DNA of 64,000 nt from Glaucostegus cemiculus. Lineage: Eukaryota. Made by a program: the position numbers and the translations under genes. Shown one piece after another: positions 24,331 through 36,860 of this stretch (its first letter is position 1; every line of letters starts with the position of its first letter). Under the pieces are notes generated by a model. That model made no database searches. It worked only from the letters and a program-made list of their open reading frames with translations, and was not told the DNA's origin. Location: the NCBI GenBank assembly GCA_976551045.1, contig CDPCPM010000013.1, positions 26,846,001-26,910,000 of the forward strand. Reading direction: 5' to 3'.

Positions 24331-26644
24331 GGGAGATTCAGTGAAAATGTGTTCTTAAGGAACTTTGGAAGACACTGCCCCGAATTTCACAATGCTTACC
24401 CCCAGTTATGACCGAGATCTTAAGTTTCCTGTGCCCCAAGCAAAATGTTATACCCACCAGCAGCGGGGTACTCATAAACTATGCAGCGTTGAACATCAGA
24501 TTCCCAGCAATCCAACCAGAAATGTTCACCCTAATATTATGCATGGCAAAGGGACGGTACAAACAACGTGGAAAGTGGTTTTCTATACCATGCAAAAATG
24601 CCATGCACTTTCTTGTGCTCTGTAGTACAAGTTCCAGTTTATGTATTGTTAGACTGTGTTAGTATGTGAGAGAGGTTTATGTACTGTTTACCGAATGGAT
24701 TCATGCGATATGAGAATTAATGGAATGATAAATGTACAAAATGATATTTGACATGTTGGAAACGTGTTATATTGTGAATATTATGTATAGTATGGGAATT
24801 CATATATAACCTACAATGACAATGTAATTTAATGACAAAATATCAATTGTGCGGCCTACTAAATTATATAAAATAAACAGTTATTCGTAGCTGTGAATAT
24901 AATATAGAGTTTCATAGTCTGTGAGGACTACGTACGTAGAGAGCTATTCTGCAGAAATCTGCTTTTGCATTATGCAGTGTGAGGAATGGTACGCACTGTA
25001 TGAAAAACTTTACATTCACAGTCAGGATTATCCTGCGATGGGGTGGTATAGATAGTTGGGACGGTAGAGTGGATAATGTGAGAGAAGTAGTTAGATGTAG
25101 CATGAAGAATCATACGATATACCATGTGGGGATAGTTTAAAATAGACTAAGAGACCCCCACCCCCACCCCCCGCGCCGATAATGACCATCTACTGACTTT
25201 CTGGTAACATCCTGGAACGGATTTCTCGCGATAAATAAGTATGTTGACATGTACCTGACTTAGTTCTGCATTCAGAGGTTGTGTCAGGTCACCGTCACCA
25301 AGTATAGTTGATAAATTATCCGCGGGTTGAGGCATGAGACAACAACCATTTCATTTACTCAAAACTGCCCGTAATTGTCCATAAATCTAAACCTAACTTT
25401 ATAGGCTTTGTTTCGTTTCACTTGAATTTTGGTCTTTGGGCAGTTATTATAATAAACATAGTGCTTATTTGCCTGCGCAAGTTACACACAGAGCTGCGCG
25501 TAGCAATTTGCGATATTATCAGCGGCGGAGTAACTGTGAATTTCAAAGCAACAAAACAAAGGGAAACTATGCGTCCATGAAAAGGTAAAGCTCTCACAAG
25601 TCATTGATATACTGGCATTTTAATGTTTGAATGCATTTGTCAGAAGATGTTTATAAGACGCTTTATCTAAATACTAAAGCTTAATTTACACAAAATTCAT
25701 CAACATGCTTCAAAGGTGGGGCGCTTACTATTTCAAAAATAAGATGGTTTTGTTTTAAACTGACCTTGAAACCCAGTCTTCTTGGAGTGGGGTTTGTGGT
25801 GGAGGTGGAGGAGCGGGATGGTGGTTGACAGGAGAGGGTTCAGAGAGCGGTGAGGGGGTTTGGAATCCGGGGAGTAACGTGTCTGTGGAGTAACGGGAGT
25901 GAACTGTGGATAGATTTGTTCGGATTTGAAAACGTTACTTAAATCTGTTCAAGAAGAATTTCCACACTTACGGGAGGGGAAATGTCCATCCCAGGAGCCT
26001 GGGTCTGATGCAGTCTACTCAGATGGAATAGTCGCTCATCCAGTTACCGCCCAACGCCTCACTCACCTTACCTATTGCCCTCAGTGGTTGGCAATAATGT
26101 TGGAAACATCTTCAGACGTATTCATGCGAACTGCTAGGCCCTGTGGCTCAATCTAAAATGTAAACGTTATTAGCAACTTAATTGGAAGTAGATGGATTAT
26201 CAATCTATTATTGGATTATCTATGGCTTCAACCTGATTTTTTTTAGAAGGCGGTGACCAACATATAGAGCGCGTTCATAAAATAATGTGAAATAATTCCA
26301 TTTGCAGTAGACGAACTTACTTTAAACTTTATTGGACATCACTTTAGAACAATGAGAAGACCACTAAAGAGTGAATAACCAATTATGTAAAAATGGGTGA
26401 AGTTCTCAGAATGGGGATTCCTTGAGCAATATCTGGATTACTATGTTGGCCACGTTCACCCAGTTACTACTTTCCCATGAGCTATGACGAAAACTGTTCA
26501 TTGCAATGGGATTCGATACCTGTTAAAATCACAGAAAGCCAATTTAAATTGAAAATTGTATTTGAATCATTGAAATTTCGCAATACATCCATCATAATAA
26601 CGACTATATCATTAAAAATAACTACAACTGGATTAAAATAAAAC

Positions 26645-26795
26645 AAAATAGAAAATGCAAGAAACACTCAGCAAGTAGAAAAGCATTTGTGGAAACGTTA
26701 ACCCTGTTTCTCTTTCCGCAGATGCTGCCTGACCTGCTGAGTGTTTCCAGCATTTTCTGTTTTCATTTAAGATTTCCACCAACTGCATTTTTTAT
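26645..26795. mobile_element. Palindromic Penelope terminal-repeat-derived element
   Basis: agaaaatgcaagaaacactcagcaag pairs with cctgctgagtgtttccagcattttct; central gaaacgttaac. Confidence 0.7.
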
Positions 26796-29278
26796 ATTAA
26801 TTTTGGAAGTCTAATATCTAAGACAAAGTCATTCACAATATTACGCCAAGTTTGTAATTCTTGTGATACGCCAAGTGACTGGATTACAGCAGCTTCGCCA
26901 TGAATGTCGAAAGTGTGATTTCAATGCGGTTTATGGAATCTGAACCTATGGGGACAGAAAACGGAATTCATCTGTAATTTAACATGACGACCTAATTATG
27001 TTTCGGACGTTAACAAGAAATAGTTTTTTTAAAACAAAACTTCCAAACTGCACAGGGACTTGACTTTGCGGGTGCATTGAGTGACCATGATGTCAAAGCG
27101 TTGCAATGTTTCCTCGTGTCCTCTCAATCACACTCGCGTGTTATGAATGGCACTGAACCCATGCCGACCATTACGAGCTGCATTCACGTTTCTCGTTCAT
27201 TTAAACGTCGGTCTTCTTTATTTCTACCCTGCAAGGAGATCATGTTCATCCATACATTCCATGGTATCTTTGCTCACTGGCATCAAGTGAGGGCTGGTGG
27301 CGAGGGCGCATGCTCAATGGCCAGATGAACACTCCAACTGCAAGCTGGGGGTAAAGAAACCGGAGGTCAACATTAGAATCATTTGAATTGCACCGGATTA
27401 TACAAATGGCAATTTTAGTTGCACGTCTCCGACCCAACATCACTATCGATCGGAAATATTCTACAGGAGACTTTTGGCAACGTGGCTGTGTCAGCAGAGG
27501 AAGGGAGTGTATTTGTGTTAAAAGGTGCAAAGCAAACCAACCCCTTGCTTTGTAACGGTAAAGTTAGCTCCAGTGTGGAGGGGATCACGTTGCAGACTCT
27601 GTACTGCTTTCAATCTCGATTGAAACCTAATGCATTAAACTGTGTGTCCTTCCCTCCTCCCCACCTGTGTTAACGATAACCTCGATCATATGTTCTGCAC
27701 TGGACACTTGCAGCTCTCAGTTCTGCCTTCATTTTGCCACGGTTTGCACAGCTCATCGCAGAGCCGTGCTTCATGAGTCCCTCCGCGTGCTTTCCTTTAA
27801 ATCTCCCGCCCTCTCCCCAACAACAGTCACCACACACCCACCCCCACCCTCTCCCCTTCACAGCCTGATTTAATTTGAAATAAGCCAGCCTCATGTGCCA
27901 AGTATCGCATCATTTCTGAAACATCCCTTTCGGCCCGGCGGGGTGATTGATGGGGACACGCTCATAAAATGCGAGCGGCTGTTCTCTTCAGGCGCTTGGC
28001 AGGGTCCATTCCGGGCGCGCTTCCCATCATTTCAACCAGTAGCACATTACTTTCATTTTTAGCATATGGGTGATGTCGGTGCGACAGGAAAGTCACGAGG
28101 ATTTTCCTCCCGAGTCTTTAGATCTTGTCAAAGGTCAAACAAGACGTGCATTCTATTTGTTATGGTGTACGTGAGTGTGGAGATAAATGCAGATCGGTTT
28201 ATAATAACACACTGCATTCTGTGGCTTGCCTAAGTAGATGGAGCAAGGCTCTGCAGCTGGCAAATAAACAGTTGCAATCAATGTTGGATACAAACAAGCG
28301 AGGGGCTGTTTTTTTCACCATTGTGCTCGTAGGGACTCGGCAGCTTTAAACTCGGATGTGCTAAGAATTGCAAAAGATAGTGATAAGACATGAAAAAGAG
28401 ATATGTTCAAGTGAAGATTGCTAAGGTGCACGTCGTTAGCTCCAGGATTTTTAGGTACCCTGCTGTCCATCACTCAGGATACGTGTTGTCACCAGTAGCA
28501 AAACCACACAGCAACCGGAAAGCCAGCAGGGAAGCCACATTCTACACTGTGTGGAAATACATGTTCAATGTACCATGGTAACCCCCCCCCCCCCCGCAAT
28601 TCTGCAAAAATTCTGGTTTACATTCCGAATTTGAGACGTTTCTATAGATAAATCTCTCCAACGGAAGCGGGATCCCACAAGCTGGCAAATTATCGGCACC
28701 TATGCCTGTCACTGCTGCAACTGAACTGAACATGGAGCGGGGAGTGAAATAAATGACAGGAGCTATCGGTAGCATCAAGCTTATCACTGCACTCTTTACC
28801 AAACGTCACATGCCCACACCAATGACGCACCAAGGTAAAATTCCCCGCTGATCAGCGAAACAGGCCCCTCCATATTTCAAACAGGTGCAGAGCCTACCTC
28901 TGTCTTAGGATAGTTTGGGGCAGATGTTTACTACAAGAACACACACGGAGTGTCTCCTTTTGAAATCTTACAAATCTAGCAGGCCGCAGTGTATGCGCGA
29001 ATTCCTCAGTATTATGTGCACGAACTGCCGGTTAGCAAGTTGTGAATCGAAATCTCCGAGTGATAGTGAGAAATTATGATTTCGAGGGGCAACGGACGGA
29101 CAGTTTATTGCAACTGCGTAAAACAGCCGTTTACCGAGGCAGCGGTGAAACAGAATTAGAGGTGCACTCTTTACCAACATTAAGGGCGGTCTTCAAGCAG
29201 CATATCAGCCAACTAAAGAAAGTGAACAAAGATGGGTAACTTTCCATCAAATGGACACACAGATTTCCCATTGATGAT

Positions 29279-29355
29279 AGAAAGACAGACAGACAGACAG
29301 ACAGCTAGATGAATGGAGGGATGGATAGATAGATAGAGACAGGCAGACAGATGGA
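29279..29355. repeat. Degenerate (GACA)n/(GATA)n tetranucleotide repeat
   Basis: agacagacagacagacagacag...gatagatagatag read directly. Confidence 0.85.
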
Positions 29356-32300
29356 CACTCATATCAGAAGAAAAGCGTTCAGTGTTGTTAGAAATGTTAG
29401 GTTTGTTGCTAAACTATTTCTATACTTTTTACGTTTAACGTGTCATTTCTTTGAATGAATACATGTCATCAACGACATTCTTGTACAACATTAAATCAAA
29501 AGACAAGCAATCTAGAAATAAATGTCCCAATTTTCTGCGATGCAGGCGCATAAATTAAACATTTTAAACGCCTACAAAACGTGTCAGAAGATTAGTGTTG
29601 GTCACGATTTTTAGATTATCTGCTGTGAGCTCTCGGATGCTGTGGAAGACTGATTGACTTTGAGCTGAAGGGATTCGGTGTAAAATGAGACGAAACGTAC
29701 AGATCGATGACTGGGGATTAGAATGGATCTTCTGAGAGATTGCGGGTTCTGACAACAGCAGCCGATCGTTACCAGTGGATCTCGAACGATCAAAGGATAA
29801 ATCCCTATTCTGTGGATCTTCACCCATCGATACTAATCCCCAGGGACTCGCCGCAGAGTTTCCAAGGTATCTGTTGGAAATAACAACTGACGAGGAAACA
29901 AGTACTTTAAATGATACCATGTGTATTACTGGGTAAATCAGATCTGCTGTCACTTTGCAATTTTTCTACATATTTTGTATTGTTTTACAATTAAAATACT
30001 TCTTTAAAATACCACCACTAATATTTATCCTGCAACTAGGATGCATCACATTCACGCTACATAAACAAGGTAATTTTCAATTCATTGGCCATTAAGAGTT
30101 CTCATGACATTTATTTCCCTCTTCATTTAATAACTACAAGTCCCGAAATCCTTCGCTGTTTCAATGTGGCTGTCAAGGGATTTGGGACGGCCTATATTTA
30201 TCAGCTTCACTGTGACCTGTCAGTATGTCACATGACCTCCCAGTGGTTCTTTGTCAGGAAGAAACACACCAGGGCAAATCCGAAATTGCCAAGTGTCAAA
30301 AAAAAATAGTCTGTAGGGTTGCCAAACCACAAAACTTTTCCGGTTAGCCAAAACCATAAAGCTAATGTAGCTGTTTGGTGCACAAATCGCTGGTACATTT
30401 CCGTAGTGTAATTTTTTCGAGCTTTCTGTTCTACAGCGGCACTTCAAAGCTTGGAAATCCTTATTGTGAGGATTTAACCACGTTGAATATTTTGGGAAAT
30501 CCGAGGAAAGCAATTCAAAAACTAAGTAAATTGTGAGATTTGATACGTTTAAAGAAGACAATTCCTGAAAGCGACTCTCTTAATTGTGTCTTATATTTCG
30601 GAATGATATTATTGTCCTACAGATCTTTAATGATCCGCTTACAGATCTTTGTAACTTGGTTAAGTTTCCGCGACTGTCCGTTCTCAAGTGATCTCTCAGT
30701 AGAACTTAGCCGGGTAGTTACTTAATGATCAAAGCGTACAATCAATAAAGGATTCCGTAGGTCTATCTTATCACTGCGGGAAAACCAGAGATTGCGGATT
30801 CCACCTTTATCTGATACCATGGTGACCGGCTTTCTGCGGTTGTCCCTTTAGTTGGAGCTTAACTCTGAACCCGTTAAAATGCTACAAGGTCACATATGTC
30901 TACTTTCAATCTTCAGCAATGTTCTACCTTTCAGTTTACCTTTTACACCCAGTATTAAGACTGAGAATCAGCCCATTGCCATGAGTCTTTGCACAGATTA
31001 CGTTTTATCGGAAATATTGAGTTGGAAACGACAATTTGAATTGTTTAAAACTTATTTTAGAGAAACAAATAAGTTGAAAATAAATTGCAAAAGACAACCA
31101 TACTGAAATCAAGACTCTGTTATTCAAATGTAGGGAACCTCAATAAAAAAATAACATAAGTACCGATTTGGAAGACCTAGTGCCAACGATGTTAAAGATT
31201 GTGAACTTACCTCGCACGGGTGGAATTAATAACTTTTTTTTCGTTTATGGCACATTCAATGACGGAACCCATCAAATAATAACGGGATTCCCCTCACTCT
31301 TGCATTTTTAAACCTTTCCTAGCACCTCATGTGTCATCAGAAATAGAAAACTACAGTCAACAAATGAATTAAGAAAATTTGCTCTGCTTGGTGCCTCAGA
31401 TCAAAGCACCAGATACTTTTCATTCGAAGGAAGCAGATTGGAATAAATTATGACCGCGCTGGATTTTAAGTTTTCAATCTGTTTTAATGCCAACGGTTGA
31501 TTTTATAATAATACGCACCTTCCTCTAAGTTCCTCTAACTTTTCCCTTGGAAGGTTGAGCAATGTAATACATATTGTGGAGTCCGACCAATAATACCGCA
31601 GAAAATTCTGTTCTGAAGTCTTATAGGCCTTTTCAGCTTGTGTTCTTAACTTTGAACATAAAATGCATAGCCTGTATGGGAGAATTACACTGACAATACA
31701 TTCACATGTCCAGTCCAATCCTACTTCTTACCAATGATAACTAGAGCGCACTTTAGATCGGCACTAATTTAAAACGTTCTTATAACCGCTTCTATTAATG
31801 GCAAAGGGATTTTTATCTAAACTACATGGGGGGCGTTGGCGGCAGGGGCGTTCCTTTAGTTTATTCATGATTAAACATAGTTTCTTGTGACTAATTGGGA
31901 CGTTTCGACTTAGATTTCTATTTAATAAAATGAAGTTCTGATGCTGGGGTGGGGGGGACCCTTAGTGATAATATCAGAGTTGAGACAGAAGCACCAAAAT
32001 GGTTTAACAAACAGTCTATTAATTTTAATAAATGAAAATTAGAGCCCACAACGACGTCATTGGCGATCACATAAACAATGGACCTGTTATTTTAACAGAG
32101 TCAAAAATCTGTAACACAGACAAAGTGCATCTGTGTAAAAAAAACCTCAGGTTATCCGATTTACTCCACGGAAGGACATTTTCTTAGAAGAGGTTCTGCA
32201 ACCGATACTGTTTTACAGAGAATGCCCAGTGCTGGGGCAGTTCTTTTTAAAGGACCCAAGCACTAAATGGAGATTAGTCTTTCTTTCCTTACCTTTTTGG

Positions 32301-33469
32301 GGTATTTATAAACCGTGTTAAATAGGATAAAAACCTACAAATAATTCAATATTAAATAAAACAGACCGAACATGTACTTGGCCTCTTTCACTCACCGATC
32401 GTTGAACTGTTCCGTGCTCAGTAGCATCGGTCTACGACTTGGAAATGTTTTTGCAGATTTTCCAATCAGGCAAGCTTTCACAATAAACGTCCTAACAAAT
32501 TAAAATGGGAGAGTCACCACACTTGCACATAACGAAGTCGGGCTGAAAATTCCGTGTGCTTTATTTGAACTGGCACTCAAAAGTATACAACAGGTCTTTG
32601 GAGATCCTACAGAATGAAGGGATTCTGCTTTGTTATGGAAACGACAAATCTGTTTAAACGAGAATGGAGCCAGGGACATCGGACAGAAGCTACTAATTAA
32701 TATTGCGCAGGGTGAAGTCTAAATTCATAGCAATAAAAGTAAAGTTAGATGCTATTTTCCTGCGAAACTGTTTATTTCGATATTACGCCAGTCCTGTTTG
32801 ATTTTTTTTGCAAACGTCATCTAATGCAGTGAGTATAGCTTTAAATATTCATGCGAAAAGAATAAATTCTTAAAGGAGAACGCGCTAGAATTACAGATTT
32901 GCTTTTAAAGGTACGTGTTTATGTTTTGACAATTGTAATATCTTGGAAAGTGGAGATATGAGTGCTTTTCAGTGCATTTTTCTTCATCATATCAATTCCT
33001 TCTTGTTTGCTCTGATCCCATACATACGAATGTAAATTCAGACCCATCAATCATCCTTAACGATCTAGTCTGGTCTCACTTACTAAACCAGTCCCCAGAG
33101 ACACAAGGAAGCCTTGTCGTGTTTAGAATAACCGCTTACAAAAAAGACAAACCAGAAAAATAAGACTAAAGAGTAAATATTCAAATTCAAAAGATAAACA
33201 CTACAGATTATAGAAATTTGACAAATATTCGACATCTAAACAATCTAATCCTAAATTATGTGTTTATGTAAATTGTAAAGAATTACTTTACAAGTCTCTT
33301 GGTTTTTATTCTTAACGGTTGGTGTTAATTGGAAATTTAAAATGTTTTAATATCACGCTTTGAAATGTAGCAATTTTTTGGAGATGTATATGTATATTTA
33401 AAACAGAACTTTTTAAAATTGTAAAATATAAAATGGCTTATGTGTGGTAAACAATTATATCAAACTAAT

Positions 33470-34370
33470 AGAGTCACCTCACACCCTCCCGGCCTTCACA
33501 TTCAACGAATCATCTTGCACTATTTCTGACGTCGCTAACGTGATGCTACCACCAAACATATAATGACCCCTCCCTTTCCCCTTTAGTTTCTCGAGACTAT
33601 TCCCTCCAAGGCCCACTCTTCCATTATCCCAATAACTCCCCCGCATCCCACATCATTTCTGGGCAAATGCAACATTTGCCCCTTTACCCCTTTTATTTCC
33701 ACCATCCAAAGCTTCACCATTTTCTTCGGGGCGAAGCAGCGATTTACTCCTCTCGATGTAGCATCCTGTATTTGATGTTAGCAATTTGCTCTTTTCTACA
33801 CTGGAGAGTCTAACTGGATAGGGCGAGTGCTCTACAGATCACCTCTGCTCAATTCACGAGCGCAGCCCCGAGCTTTGGCCACCTGCCATTGTCATTCTTT
33901 ATCCCGGGGGAACTCTGACCACACTTTCCTCAGCCTCCTACACTGTTACCGTGAAGCTCAGTGTAAGCTCAAGTAACAGTACCTCGTCTTTTGACAGGTC
34001 ACGTAACAGACATCGTGTTCAACAATGTCAATTAATGATTCTACTGTTCCAATGTACATCGTCTCAAGATTCAACGTTAGTTTATTTATTTGTCTCATGT
34101 TTTTCACCAGATTCCCTTTCATCGTTTAATCTCTTTTGTCTTCCACTTTATCACAGACCTTTCCTTCTGTCCCTTCTCCCCCAGATCCACAACTGGATTC
34201 ACCCTGGATCTTAATATTTGTTATATCGCTTAACATCTTCCAGTTCTGACGAAAGGTTACCAAGTTGAAACGTTAAGTCTGTTTCTCCCTTCCCAGATGC
34301 TGCCTGACTAATTGAGTACTGACATTGTCTGGTTTTCTTTCTTATATCAGCTGGCGCAACATTTTGTTTT
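33470..34370 (+). mobile_element. Decayed Penelope-like retroelement (GIY-YIG endonuclease region plus terminal repeat)
   Basis: Frameshifted remnants of the Penelope C-terminus (aagcagcgatttact = KQRFT; ctttt.ctacactggagag ~ L.Y.GE; ctcctacactgt = LLHC; cagtacctcgtcttt ~ Q.L.F), followed by the ctgacga...gaaacgtt...cagatgctgcctgac terminal repeat. Confidence 0.7.
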
Positions 34371-34624
34371 TTTATATTAAACTAAGATTATTTAAAATGT
34401 TAATTGTCAATTAACCTTTATTAGTCTATTAGAATACTAACATTATGATCTTAGATAAAAATCACCTGCCAGGGCTTGTTTGAAAAACAACACAAGATAT
34501 TATTGCCACCTTAGACATATAAAAATCGATACTTAAATTTAATATTTTCCCAAACATAGCCGATTCACATTCGCCTGCCTGGAGAGGGAATAAATGATCC
34601 TCAAAGACTAATTGCTTAAGTCTT

Positions 34625-34643
34625 TACCGCCATCTAGTGCTAA
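34625..34643 (-). promoter_or_regulatory. CTCF-binding motif
   Basis: Minus strand reads TTAGCACTAGATGGCGGTA, matching the CTCF core CCASYAGRKGGCRS at all but the first position. Confidence 0.65.
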
Positions 34644-36679
34644 CAGAAGCAGTAGGTGACACGAAAATCAACAGTGCCCCGTTTGTTTAGGCCACAGTGG
34701 AAACCCGCGAAAATATTTGGAGTGCACATTCAAAATTAAGGGTTGCAGTTAGCATTTATAAATCTACGCAACGATCTTTATAGTTCCAAATTAGCTACAG
34801 ATAATTATGGCATAATTTTTTGTCTTAAAGGAATGACTTGAAATATCAATCAATGTTTTTATCTTTTCAATATCACAACATTATTTAATTATTCATGTTG
34901 CAGGAAAGAAACACAGACATTTCAGAAGAGCAAATTAACAAAGCCTCAGAAGTATCCAGAATGTTGAATTCAGTTCATTTCATATTATTTCTATGGCCCA
35001 AAACCTCTGTGACAAGCAGTACAAATATTCTGTTTTAGTGTACTCTTAGTTGCTTTCCTTCGTGGCTCACACTTTTGATTTGTTTTAATACATTTGGCAA
35101 GTGCATGGGCACAGTCCCAAATTCATAATCCTCAAATGACCACCAAACCCAATTTTAAGTTTCTTCCTAATTATTCTTAACTAATTGCTGAAGTCTGATC
35201 ATCTTGCTGGTCTAGACTGACCACCATCCTTAGTGGTCAATTCATTTCAGATTATGTGTTTGTTCCCTCCCCCCTAGAGATTCTTTGCTTAATTTTCTTT
35301 CAGTACTGCCCTGCCAGGACTTATCCCATGGCCCAGAAAAGCAGAGCATCCATAAATAAGTCTTTAGGATTTTTGTGGAGAAATGCTGAGTCTAAGCCCA
35401 TCAACTTGATATTCTATTCTAATTAAATTTAACATAAGCTTCCAAAAATATACTTCATTCTTACTATAAATTCTGGACCTGCTGATATTAACCCCATTCT
35501 TTACAGTGATTATCATTATTTCCTCCAAAATTAAGATAATCCCCAGAAGAAATGAAAGCCTACCTATATTTGTACACAGACATGCATTGCAGACCTTGCT
35601 AACAGACAGACTGCAAATCACAGACAGGTACAGCTTTACAGCTACCAGTTGCAGGTCAGTATAATTGCAACCCTCGTTTAGTTCCTTTTGATATACAGCT
35701 TGCAGAAAGGGATATTGTTTCATTTGACGTATGAGAACCTAAGAAAGGAATTTTGTTCAGGATAAACACAAACACATGTTAAGCTACTAAAATTTGACAT
35801 ATTTCATCCTGCTGTTAAGGGGAATGTATTAATTTACCAGATAAACCCAGAAAATCTTGTTAATATGCTTAAAACTTATATGTCAAAGAAATCAGGCCAA
35901 TTTTGTTAATGGCTTTTTCTAAAAGATTAAGAAAATAACAATAGTTTATTTAAAAGAGACTTATTGTAAAATATGTGCGCTCACATTCATCATATCAACA
36001 ATGTAGTCATACAAAGATTTGATACATTCTACAACATGTTAATTGTAGCAAAGTTCAGTGTGTGGTTGATATAAACAATGGCAAGCATGAGAAGCTCCAA
36101 ATTAGCCAGTCTGATAGTACTAAGGGAGTTTGCTGTGTTCATTAACTTTCATTACACATATTCTCCTCCATATCCTATTCTGTAGTTTCATCCACAATTT
36201 CACCAAAGTACGTTAGTGGCAGTAAATTGATTTCCTTATAAAAACACACTGAAAAATAGTAAATTGAAACCAAAATAAAAGCAGAAACAACTACTTGGAT
36301 AAATTAATCTGACACAAGGAGAATAAACAATCTTTCAACAATCAGTGATTAGGAGAATTGGGAGACAGAGGTTCTTGAGTTGACAATAATTCTATCAATT
36401 AACTGACACATTCACCAATATAACAAGTGATTTTTGTTCAGACATAAATTGTTCACTGTAGCGCAGTTTGGGGCAATCAGATCTTTTTTCTGGTTAGTCA
36501 CTGAATCCAAATAAGGTCTCTTCAAAAATCTCAAAGTGAAGTTATTTGAAATGTATGGCTATAGTTACTACCACTTTCACACATTAACATTCCACAAACT
36601 AAATACGGTGTAAGTTGAAGGAGATTGGTAGATATATTGACTAATGCAGCAGGGAAACACTCTTCTTTGAATACTGCAG

Positions 36680-36860
36680 GGAATTCACCTGAACAAGCCT
36701 CAAGTTAAATATTAAAGGACACTATTTTTCCCAAAAGAGCATTTTGCTCAGTCTGAACTGAGATTTCAATCTCGACAGTATATTTAACTATAGGAGTGGA
36801 GTTTGAACCTATACCCTTCTGACTGGAGGTGAAAGTAGACCAAATGAACAAAGCTAATGC
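36680..36860 (-). mobile_element. Ancient DeuSINE/SacSINE1-like SINE, 5' part
   Basis: ggagtggagtttgaacctatacccttctgactggaggtgaaagt is a reverse tRNA-like head with a B-box (ggttcaaact). Confidence 0.5.
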
